64,000 nucleotides of DNA. It comes from Pirellulales bacterium. GTDB taxonomy: Bacteria; Planctomycetota; Planctomycetia; Pirellulales; Lacipirellulaceae. Positions within the stretch are counted from its first letter, which is position 1; every line of letters starts with the position of its first letter. The stretch covers positions 431,237 through 495,236 of the forward strand of contig CAWJDB010000010.1 of the NCBI GenBank assembly GCA_963841515.1, read 5' to 3'. Below are positions 10,619 to 20,932 of the stretch, piece after piece. Position numbers and translations under genes: made by a program. The notes below the pieces were generated by a model. It was not told where the DNA came from and did not search any database. It saw only the letters and a program-made list of their open reading frames with translations.

Positions 10619-10962
10619 TCAACGACCCTCACAATGCCTTGGGGCAACTCCAGAGCCGAACAGCCGTGAGAATGTCCCCTTTCCCCCCTTCGTGGCGAGG
10701 CAGACGATCCCTGCCAAACCCATCAACACGAGGCCGATCGAGGCTGGTTCCGGCACCGATTCTTGGTAGGCATGGGCATAGTCAAACCCGGATGCCGAAA
10801 TGATGGACCATCCCGTGATCGGTTCGCCGGTCAGGGCGTCGGTGACACTCGTGATCCCGCCCCACTTCAGGGTGTTCCCAAAAGCGCCGATGAACGATGT
10901 CTCGAATAGATTCCCATCTGGACCTAACGCAGAATTATAACTGTTGCTGGTTGTCCTACCCT
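10619..10962 (-). pseudogene. C-terminal fragment of a PEP-CTERM protein truncated by the IS66-family insertion; REP copy c (10662..10692) lies in its 3' tail
   Basis: ...QESVPEPASIGLVLMGLAGIVCLATKGG. The ORF continues straight into the IS terminal repeat, and the upstream remainder resumes at 12489. Confidence 0.45.
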
Positions 10963-12488
10963 GTAACCGTTCACGCCCTGGGGAGCAGTGACGGGGCTTT
11001 TTGGCGTGCGAAGTGGGCGTGCACGGCGGCGGCGACGAATTCGAAGGCGTTGCGTTTCTGTTGACGGCAGGTTTCGATGACGGTGAGCATCGTTTCGGCA
11101 AAGCGGCTGCCGCCGGCGCTTTGCGTGCCAAACGAGAGTTTCCGCCAGATCACGGCGTGGCGCAAGGCGCGCTCGCTGGCGTTGTTGGTCGGTTCGACGC
11201 CCTCCACGCGGACGAACGTCCACAGCCAATCGCGATGGTCATAGAGTTCGCGACACATCCCCGCGATCGATCGGTTACCGCTGCTGGCCCCGCGCAGCAG
11301 CACGCGTTCGACCTCGCGGCGGACCGGCGCCATGCGGCGGATGAAGGCCGTCCGCGTGATCGTGCCGTCGCGATAATTGGCCCAATGCTCGAACAGCTTG
11401 CCGGCGGCGCGGCGGAGGTCGTACCCGAGCCGTTTGGCCTGACCGTCGCCGCCGTCGATCAGGGCTTGAAAATCGCGTTTCAAATGCGCCCAACACCATT
11501 GCAAACGGCCGGTGTGCCAGTACATTTTGGCTCGATCGCAGGTCACCACGCCGCCGAACTCCGCCGTGAGCAGATCGACCAGCGCCGTCGCCTCGCGCAT
11601 AGCGCGGACCGCAAACACGGTGAAGGTCCGGGCCACGAACGTCCACAGCCACGCCTTCCTGTTTTGTTCCTTGGTCGCCGTTTCGTCGATGCTCAGTCGG
11701 TCCTGCGTCGGCAGTTGAGCGGCCAACTCGTCGTATGCCGGCCGCAGGGCCGCCGTCGCCTGATGTTGCATCTTCACCGTCAGCGCCGGGCAGCACGGCT
11801 GACCCGCGAGCGCCGAGAAACTCGGCCGTCCGCCGCTTGCTTTGTCGATAGTAGGCCATCAACAAGGCGACCAGCGCCGTCAGCCGCGGACCCGACTGGC
11901 CCTGCGGCACGCCGGCCGGCAACTCCGCGCACGTCGTTTCGCCGCAGCACGGGCACGCCAGCCGATGTCGCCGGTACTCGGTGACGTGCGGCTTGATCTC
12001 GGGCAGTTCCCACACCTGGTGACGCAGCGGGTCGGGATCGCGGCCGGTCAGCTTGCCGCCGCAGCGCCGGCACTCCGCCGGCTTGAGTTCTTGCACCTCG
12101 TCGCAGTCTTCGCTCGGAACGAGCGGCCGCTCGTGTTTCGCGTGGCCCGGTTGACCGCCGCGGCGCTTCGTCGATTTCCGCTTCCGCGGCGGCGGGGCCG
12201 GCCGGGCGTGCGGATGCTGCGTGCTCGGTGGCAGCGAGGAGTTTTGCGGCGTCTTGCCCTTCACTTGTCGTCGCAGGTCGTCCAACTCCGCTCGCAGGTC
12301 GTTCAGCTCCGCCCGCAGCCCGGCGATCTCCGCCAGCAAGACACGGATGATCTCCTGCCCTCCGGCGACTGGCGAGCGATGACGTTATCAGAAACGTTGC
12401 ACCACATGCCCCATGGTGTCGCCGAAAAAGCCAAGGCAAGTAAAGATCAATTTCCCTTCCAAAAGCTCCCCAGGGTGTGAACGGTTAC
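10963..12488 (-). mobile_element. IS66-family insertion sequence (single-ORF type)
   Basis: 24-bp terminal inverted repeats GTAACCGTTCACGCCCTGGGGAGC / GCTCCCCAGGGTGTGAACGGTTAC starting with GTAA. An IS66 transposase lies inside. Confidence 0.7.
10971..12339 (-). pseudogene. IS66-family transposase, split into two frames near 11780
   Basis: The N-terminal zinc-finger/leucine-zipper part is in 11275..12339. The C-terminal DDE part (WAHLKRDF...NNASERALRH) is in 10971..11777. Confidence 0.7.
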
Positions 12489-12721
12489 CATCATGAAGTC
12501 GATGGTAATTAATTCACCCTCGGCCACAAAGAGTGTCACTGGAATCATTCCTGGAGCGGTTTCATTCACATCAACAGTGACGACGGAGCTTTTAGCACCG
12601 CACAAAGAAGGCGCCGTAGGTTGGATCCGGCAAGGGATCCAATCCAGTTACTCTGGCAGCTGTAAGCCTTAAAGTAACCGCGGAAGAGGCCAGGCGATTG
12701 GCGGTGGAAAAAGGTGGCGTC

Positions 12722-13715
12722 TGCTCAGTAGAAAACGTGCCTGTGCTAGCTAAACAACGGTTTTTGGCGGTTCGTATTGAGATGGATGAAGACAAGCAAG
12801 AGTCCGAAGCGGGTGTTGGTCGAGGCGCTCAAGGTCGCCGAGGCGGCGCTGCCGGCGTATTCGCACCGATTCAGCCCGAAGAAGTTTACGCTGCACCAAC
12901 TGTTCGCCTGCTTGGTGCTGAAGGACTTCTACAACCTGACCTATCGCGGCACGGTCGGCCTGCTGGCGGACGGCGACTCGCTGTCCGGGGCGATCGGCCT
13001 CAAGGAGGTCCCTCACTGGACCACGCTGCAGAAGGCGGCCGACCGGCTGCTCTTGGCCCGTTCGTTTCGGCGGCTGCTCTCGGCGACGGTCGAGCGGAGC
13101 CAGCAGGCGAAGATCGTGGGCCGGCGACGCGTTCGCCTGGCGGCGATGGACACCAGCGGCTTCGAGGCGCAGCACACCAGTCGGTACTACGCCGCACCGG
13201 CGAAAAATGACGGGAAACGACGGGCGGAAACGCCGGGTGACGTATCGACGCTATCCGAAGCTGGGCTTGGCCTGCGACGCGGCGAGCCACTTCATCTTGG
13301 CGGCCCGCACAAGCCAGGGACCGCAACCCGACTTCGGCGACTTCGCCCCGTTGTATGCGGCGCAGGCGCGCATGGGATTGACAACGATCGCGGCGGACGC
13401 CGGCTTCGACAGCGAAGCGAACCACGAGTTGGCTCGCGACGAGTTGGGGATCCAATCGCTGATTCCGGCGACTCATGGCCGACCCGCTCGCGGCGAGCCG
13501 ACAGGTCGGTATCGGAAACAGATGAAGCGACATCTTGGTCAAAGCCGTTACGGCCAGCGCTGGCAGGTCGAAACCGTCAACTCGATGATCAAACGCCTGA
13601 CCGGAGAGGTCGTCAACGCCCGCACCTACTGGCGCCGCTGTCGACTCCTCCTGCTGAAAACCCTCACGCACAACATCAGCATCCTTAGACAACAGCTAGG
13701 TTTTCTACTGAGCAT
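12722..13715 (+). mobile_element. IS4/IS5-superfamily (DDE_Tnp_1) insertion sequence
   Basis: 15-bp terminal IRs TGCTCAGTAGAAAAC / GTTTTCTACTGAGCA, flanked by an 8-bp direct repeat GTGGCGTC (12714..12721 and 13716..13723). Confidence 0.65.
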
Positions 13716-13767
13716 GTGGCGTCTCCTTGTTGGTGATACCAATGTTCCCACTCAGATCCAGAAATGA
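12777..13767 (+). pseudogene. DDE transposase of the IS5-like element; frameshift near 13205
   Basis: ORFs 12777..13688 and 13207..13767 (FDSEANHE, YGQRWQVETVNSMIKR). Confidence 0.65.
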
Positions 13768-13915
13768 TTCAAGTTTGACTATCCTACCAGGATAGGATCG
13801 AAGGTATGAACGAATCTGCTAGTATCCTGCCACCTTGCTTGCCCGTACGCATATATCAATTCCGCGTTAGCGATCGCCAAATTGGAAGCAGAACTCGCGC
13901 AATTTGCCATCGACT

Positions 13916-14374
13916 TCAACTCTTAAAGCGCCCGGTTACGGCACTCGCCTCGATTGTCACGGACCCCGCCGCCATACTTTCGCCAGACATGACCGCGTCG
14001 GCAACCGTCCCTTTAATTGACGCCGGGATTCTCGGGTAATCGGCTTCATCGTCCGGATCTACGGACGTAAAGCCGAACGTTTTTCGCAAATCACTGCCAT
14101 TGAGAGACCCACCTCTATAGGTCGGGGTTTCACGTCCATGATAAGTACTGACGATGCCCGCCACGTTATAATTGACCGTATTGACGGCGACGTGCCCAGG
14201 TATCTCGGCCGAACTAGTTGCTGAAAAGCTCACGAAGAAACCGCAAACAACGGCGCCGAAAACAACGCTCTTCACCCTCGTGAGATTGACGAGGCCCCAG
14301 CAAAGTTTTTGCAGTGGAAGCCGGACCGGGAACTGGAGAGCCCGAGCGGAGAAATCAGACCAGCCCATCGACAT
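13916..14374 (-). CDS. Hypothetical small protein in a ~50% GC segment (13770..14850)
   Basis: 152-aa ORF with a hydrophobic N-terminal stretch. Confidence 0.2.
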   Translation of the reverse strand: MSMGWSDFSARALQFPVRLPLQKLCWGLVNLTRVKSVVFGAVVCGFFVSFSATSSAEIPGHVAVNTVNYNVAGIVSTYHGRETPTYRGGSLNGSDLRKTFGFTSVDPDDEADYPRIPASIKGTVADAVMSGESMAAGSVTIEASAVTGRFKS

Positions 14375-14847
14375 GGGAGCACCCTTTCGCTGGAGTTGGA
14401 TTCAAGCGGATCGTAACCCCGTGGAGGGTTTGCACGCAGTTACAAAGTGACTCGGTCCCCAAAAAAAGCTGCGTCTTGAGCCAGGGCCGAGGGCACTGAG
14501 TGTAACAGGTCTGATAAGCAACAAGTCTCGAATTATCGCCAAGACGCGAAGTTCGCCAAGAATAAGAATTAACTCACTCCAGTTCGGCACGGCGTTTGAA
14601 ATTGCTCATTCGACATTTCACCTAAGAACTGAGCCTCAATCCTCGGCGGAATCGCCAACCGCACTCGAGAATGTGGAACACGGGGACAGCCACACATCGG
14701 CGGGGGGAACACGGGGAGAACCCAGCCAACTGGCGACGAGCTACGAGGGTGCTACCGTCGCTGGTGCCCAGGCCGGTTCGGCCGTCGGCATTCAAGCCAA
14801 AGGAGAATACTTGCCCGTATAATATAAGGGTAATATAAGGGGACGCA

Positions 14848-16363
14848 GCTCGAATGGCACTCGGATAGCTCTAACGTCGGTGCATCAAACGTTTTCGTGC
14901 GAGGCGTCGGGGTTCGCGGAGGTGTTTGTACTGTTTAGGCCTGCGTTTGACGAGCCGCGGCTCAATTCGGTCGGGTCGATCGGCGACGCGGTGGCTGCCG
15001 ATCATCCAGAGGAGAGCTGCGTAGAGCCGATCAGCATTGCGCGAGTCGGCGATCACCAGGCCCAAGAACGCGTTGATTGACTGCATCGCTCCTTTGAAGC
15101 TGAGCTGATGCGGCGCAACGCCTGCGGACAGGGCCGCTTCCAGCATCAAGCCGCGGATCAAGTTGTAGGCTAACAGGTGCGCATAGAACTCTTTGCGCAC
15201 GGTACTCGGCTTCTTGCAGCGTAAGCGCTCCATTTGCATGTGCGTCTTGAGCTTCGCAGGTGCAGTTCGGCGTCCCAACGACGGCGATAGAGGTTGGCCA
15301 GGTCTTCCGCCGGATAGGCGATCGGATCCACCAGCGTGGTCGCCAGCAGGATGACCCGCGGGCGAAAACCTGGCTGGTCGACCCGATAACGCAGATGACG
15401 AATCCCAGCGAGCGACGGCAACCGCTCGTACGTCGGCCGATCCATCCAGGCAGGGCCTGCGTCGGCTTCTGATAGACACGTCAACTGGTCGGCGTCGCCC
15501 GAGCTTCAGTCCGGTGCGAAAGTCGATCTTGCGTGAGCTGGCCTGGGCGCACCAGGTCGACGCGGGCGTCTCCGCAGCAACGCAAAGTCCCAGAAGGACG
15601 CATAGTATCGATCGGCCAGCGCCACTTCGCCCGGCCGGCAAACTATCGAGCAAGCGGCGAAACAAGTTGTTTTCGCCGGTCTGCTTCCCTTCGTAGGGGC
15701 CGATCGCCACCTCGACGACCGCTCCTACGGCCAGCGAAAAGACGACCACGATCCCGCGATCGGAAAGCCGATGGCTCTCCGCTTGAATGGACTGTTGCGG
15801 ATATTCGCGCTGGTTGTCCGGCGTGTCGGCCATCGATGATGGTCGAGCCGTCGACGACCTTGACCGCTCGGCCGAGCCACTGCCAAGCCCGGTCGGCACT
15901 ACAACGCCAGTTCCTGGCCGGTGGAACGCACCAATCGACAAGAGTTGCTCGGGCAGCCGCTCGCGCGCTTCGCAGTAACTGTTGGTGTCGGGATGGCACG
16001 GCGGGAGGTTCTGCGAGCCGCCAGAAGTTCAGCTTGGCAACAGCTTCACGGCACGAATGGTCTGCACCACGACCTGGCTGAGGAACACCCACAGCGTGAC
16101 CGCCGGAGAGTAGACCCGTTCTCGAAACTCGTGTTGCAACCGCTGGCAGGCCGCAATTTACACTTTTCCGAAGACAAACGCTCTGCTGAAAAACAACCCC
16201 TGACAGCTATGCGCCAGTCGTGAACCGCGGCGCGCAATTGCGCTTCCGACGCATCCAAACATCTCACAACCTCCTTGTTATGGCTTGGCATCGGTCCACG
16301 CCAACCATCTCAAGGAGGTTGCTTTCAATCCATATCAATTCAACTCACAAACACTTACGACTA
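14848..16363 (-). mobile_element. IS4-family insertion sequence
   Basis: 18-bp terminal IRs CGAATGGCACTCGGATAG (14849..14866) and CTATCCGAGTGCCATTCG (16345..16362). Flanking ~10-bp direct repeat GGACGCAGCT(C). Confidence 0.6.
14871..16090 (-). pseudogene. IS4-family DDE transposase broken into at least three frames
   Basis: Pieces in 14871..15941 (..RIEPRLVKRRPKQYKHLREPR), 15170..15484 (YRRRWDAELHLRS) and 15643..16092 (VVDGSTIIDG). Confidence 0.6.
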
Positions 16364-16528
16364 TCCGAGTGCCATTCGGGACGCAGCTCATTACAACGTC
16401 TGTCTCTCCATCATCGGAAATCTGCGTCATCGGCGGACACGTTCCTCTTGATCCGCGTCCTCGGCGAGCCTCCGCGGTCAATTCCTTCTCCGAGTCTGCG
16501 CGGCTCCGCCCAAAACGTTCTCAAAAAA

Positions 16529-16560
16529 AGTTGCTGAAAATGGCCGCACACTCTGCTAAG
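16529..16560. repeat. Second copy of the 32-bp repeat GTTGCTGAAAATGGCCGCACACTCTGCTA
   Basis: 30 of 32 nt match 9572..9605. Confidence 0.55.
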
Positions 16561-16859
16561 CTGCTCATGGTGTACGTCTGTGTACACGTGCAGTTCTTTG
16601 ATAATTGAAAAAGCAGCTCTTAGCTGTTAGCCCTTAGCTGTCAGCCCGAGGGGAGAAATGCGCGCTCACCCCGGCGTGGGATCGCCGACGCGGCACGCTA
16701 GTTTTGGCGTTCCAATACAACGTGCGTGCGGCGCAAACGCCGCGAGTATTGGACCGGCCGCAGGAAAGAAATGCCGCGGTTCGTCGGCTCACAGCGCGCT
16801 GCGGGCGATCAAAACCCACCGGGGTTTTGGCGTAAAAAACTGGGACCCCCGCGGGCTCC

Positions 16860-16928
16860 AATTCCAAAACCCTACCGTAGCCGAGTCTCTCCGAGACTCG
16901 AATCTCCGCGGCTCAAAGAGCCGCGACC
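16860..16928 (-). terminator. Tandem GC-rich hairpins downstream of dapA (minus strand)
   Basis: CGCGGCTCTTTGAGCCGCG and CGAGTCTCGGAGAGACTCG hairpins followed by GGTTTTGG. Confidence 0.35.
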
Positions 16929-16936
16929 ACGTGGAA

Positions 16937-17890
16937 TTACTTGGCCGCCAATTGCGACCCGCCCGTCCGCTTCGCTGGCGCCGGGCCACGCCCTTCGCCG
17001 AGCAGGCCGTAAGCCACGAGCGTCTTGCGGAGCGCCGCCTTCTGCGGCGCATCCAGCGGCGTCATCGGCAGCCGCATCTCGCCGGTGTCGCGGCCGAGCA
17101 TTTTCATCGCCGCCTTGATCGGGATCGGGTTGGTGGACAGACCCGAGCATGTCGCGGCAGAGCGGGAACAGCTTGCGGTGCCACTGCCGCGCCTCGGCCA
17201 GGTTGCCGCGTCGAAGGCCTCGATCAGCGCGATCATGTCCCGCGGCACGATGTTGCCGACGACCGAGATGACGCCCCGGGCGCCGATCGCCATCAGCGGC
17301 AGCGTCAGGCTGTCGTCGCCGCTGAGCACGGTCAGGTTCGGTCGGCGCGATGATCTGCGAGGCCTGGTCCAGCGAGCCGGTGGCTTCCTTGACCATCGTG
17401 ATGTTCGGCAGTTCGGCCAGCCGGGCGATCGTCTCCGGCTCGATGTTCTTGCCGGTGCGGCCGGGGATGTTGTAGACGCAGATGCGGCAGATGCCGACTG
17501 CCTCGGCCAGGCGCTTGAAGTGCTGGTAGAAGCCCTCCTGCGTGGGCTTGTTGTAGTAGGGGGCGACGACCAGCGCCGCGTCGGCGCCGGCCTTCTCGGC
17601 CAACTTCGTCAGCCGCAGGGCCTCGGCCGTGCTGTTGGAGCCGGTGCCGGGCATGACCTTGATGCGCCCGCCGGCGATCTCGCACGACGAACGGCGATCA
17701 CGCGCTCGTGCTCTTCGTGGGTGAGCGTCGGCGACTCGCCGGTCGTGCCGACCGGGCAGAGGCAGGTCGTGCCGGCGGCGACCTGAAACTCGATCTGCTC
17801 GCGGAAGCTTCGTAGTCGACTTCGCCGTTCTTGAACGGCGTGACCATGCGCCACCGACAGGCCGGCAAATGCTTCGCCTTTGGTCGTCAT
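16937..17890 (-). pseudogene. dapA: 4-hydroxy-tetrahydrodipicolinate synthase, spread over three frames
   Basis: N-terminus [11 protein letters not shown]...[17 protein letters not shown] in 17609..18181. Middle [20 protein letters not shown]...NIPGRTG in 16872..18044. C-terminus [23 protein letters not shown] in 16937..17329. Confidence 0.7.
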
Positions 17891-18084
17891 GCGGGCAGGC
17901 TCCTGATGCTCGCGGGGGACGAGCCGAGTGCGCGGGACGACTGCAATTTGCGTGACGTGGCGGAAGATCGGCGTACGCACGCGACAATTGGCGCCACGGC
18001 GAGGATGTCGTCGCGCTGGCAATAGCCGGCCCGTGCGATGCCATCGGCGGACGTCAGGGGATGTCACCGATATGCCGTTACGTG

Positions 18085-18870
<786 letters not shown>

Positions 18871-19257
18871 TCAGGCGGCCCTTATGCGCACACAACGCCA
18901 TGTCTCGCGCACTGCGCCGCCATCTGCCGTTGTAATTCCCCCGCCAAGGCCTTGTCCAGTCGCGGTGCGCCCAGCACAGCCGGCACAGTGCGCAGTGTAC
19001 GCGCCACATCCGGACAGGCGGGGACGCTTGCCGGTTCGCGAGCTACGCTTGTTCCAGAGAAGAAATTAATAATGAAGCCGTTTAATCGCCGCCGCACAGC
19101 GGCCAACCAAGCTCATCTGGCAATTTACCCAACATCCTAGCGTATAGGACGCCGCGCAGCCGCGGGCGCCGTACCGCAACGATCTCGCCCTCGCGACGCG
19201 ACCCGCGCTCCTTTGCCGCCGCCAGGGACTGCTCGCTCTCCAGGAGGAAGGTGCACC

Positions 19258-19593
19258 ATGAAATGTCGAGAACTCGCCGAAAAAATCGAGCAGCTCGAAC
19301 CCGCCGCCAGCGCCCAGGACGTGGCGCGAGTGTGCCTGTTGCTGGCCAATAACAACGACCAACTCGACGACCTGCGCAACGTCGACCGGCTGAAAGCCGC
19401 GTGGAACGACACGAGTCTCAAGCTGCAGGCCGCCACCGACCAGCACGCGGCCATGACGCAGGAGCTGGAGACCTTGGCCAGCTCCGACCCCGAAAAATAC
19501 TCCCGCGACCAGGTGTGGGTGCTGATCCGCGCGATCAAAGTGCAAAGCCAGGTTCTGCAGCTCTACGTGGGCCAGCCGCTGTTGGACGTGTGA
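19258..19593 (+). CDS. Hypothetical coiled-coil protein
   Basis: 111-aa ORF with RBS AGGAGGAAGG 8 nt upstream of ATG. An antisense ORF (19066..19641) is a high-GC shadow. Confidence 0.4.
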   Translation: MKCRELAEKIEQLEPAASAQDVARVCLLLANNNDQLDDLRNVDRLKAAWNDTSLKLQAATDQHAAMTQELETLASSDPEKYSRDQVWVLIRAIKVQSQVLQLYVGQPLLDV

Positions 19594-19837
19594 ATAGTGC
19601 AACGTAGGCAGTCGCACCGCGAGCAGCCTCTCGCGGAGCAAGAGGACGACAATCGGGCGGCAGCCGATGCGCCACGAGAAGTCCCCAAGGTTTGACTATC
19701 GCGGGAAATCCGATTAGCCTACGATACTATTGGGGAGCACCGATTCCTCTTTTTCCCGTTCTGCGAGGGCTCTGCCGCCGCAGGGGTTGCCGACAGGCGA
19801 CCGCTGCGGCAGCGAAGCTTCCGCGACGCCCCTTGCG

Positions 19838-20617
19838 ATGAGCACCGATTCCGCGACCGGCGCCAGCGACGTTCGCCGTCCCGATCTCGATCTTTGCCAG
19901 GCCAAGATCGGCTACCGATTCGCCGACTTGCAGCTCTTGGAGTCGGCCTTCACCCACGCCTCGGGGGTGCAGCACCGGCTGTCCTCCAACGAGCGGATGG
20001 AGTTTCTCGGCGACGCAATCCTCGGCATGGTGGTCTGCGAGCAGCTCTTCGAGCAATATCCGGAATACTCCGAAGGCGAGCTGACGAAAATCAAATCCGT
20101 CGTCGTCAGCCGCGACACCTGCGCCCGGCTGAGCGACGCGCTGAATCTCAACGACCACCTGATTCTCGGCAAAGGCATGGCCGCCGACCCGCAGGTGCCG
20201 CGGTCGGTGCTCGCCGCGGCGTTCGAATCGCTGGTGGCCGCCATCTACCTCGACGGCGGCATGTCGGCGGTCAAGCCATTTATCCTCGAGCACGTGCTGC
20301 CGGAGATCGACTCGGCCGTCTCCAGCGAATTCGGCGGCAACTTCAAGTCGCTGCTCCAGCAACTCGCCCAGCGCGAGCATGGCGTGACGCCCAGCTACCA
20401 ACTCCTCGACGAGAAGGGGCCGGACCATAGCAAGTGCTTCAAGATCGCGGCGCAAATCGGCAAACACCGTTTTGCCCCGGCGTGGGGTAAGAGTAAAAAG
20501 GAATCCGAACAGCGCGCCGCCCATAACGCCATCAATCAACTCCGCGGCGAGCCTGAGCCGTACCCGTCGGAAGAAACCGATCCGGGTTCGCCGACGTCCA
20601 CGCAAAGCGATGAGTAA
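19838..20617 (+). CDS. rnc: Ribonuclease III
   Basis: ERMEFLGDAILG signature and a C-terminal dsRBD (KSLLQQLAQREHGVTPSYQLL..GPDHSKCFK). Confidence 0.8.
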   Translation: MSTDSATGASDVRRPDLDLCQAKIGYRFADLQLLESAFTHASGVQHRLSSNERMEFLGDAILGMVVCEQLFEQYPEYSEGELTKIKSVVVSRDTCARLSDALNLNDHLILGKGMAADPQVPRSVLAAAFESLVAAIYLDGGMSAVKPFILEHVLPEIDSAVSSEFGGNFKSLLQQLAQREHGVTPSYQLLDEKGPDHSKCFKIAAQIGKHRFAPAWGKSKKESEQRAAHNAINQLRGEPEPYPSEETDPGSPTSTQSDE

Positions 20618-20932
20618 ATCCTGGGGTGCTTCTGACATTTCGCAATCGACTTGGTAGACTGGCCTCCGATGGTAACGCGTTCCGAGCGTAATGCGTTCGA
20701 CCTCGGCGTGATGCCGGTGCTGCAATTTTTTTCCGACCCACGCCCAGTTGGTGATCGATTTTCAGCCCGATCCAGCGCTGCAAATGCGCCTCGAGGAATT
20801 AGCATGCAAATCCACGGAGGGCGTACTCACGGAAGAGGAACGAGCGGAATATGCGGGCTACGTGCGAGCGAACAAATTCATCTCCATCCTCAAGCGGCAA
20901 GCCGAGCGACTGCAGGCCACGGACTGTCAATC

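Noticed and set aside
10955-12495. 8-bp target-site duplication for the IS66-family element
   Set aside because: The flanks (TCCTACCCT and CATCATGA) do not match. Either the duplication was lost or the true ends are offset by a few nt.
19066-19641. 191-aa minus-strand ORF
   Set aside because: It is antisense to the better-supported 19258..19593 gene, which has an RBS, and it has shadow-ORF composition.
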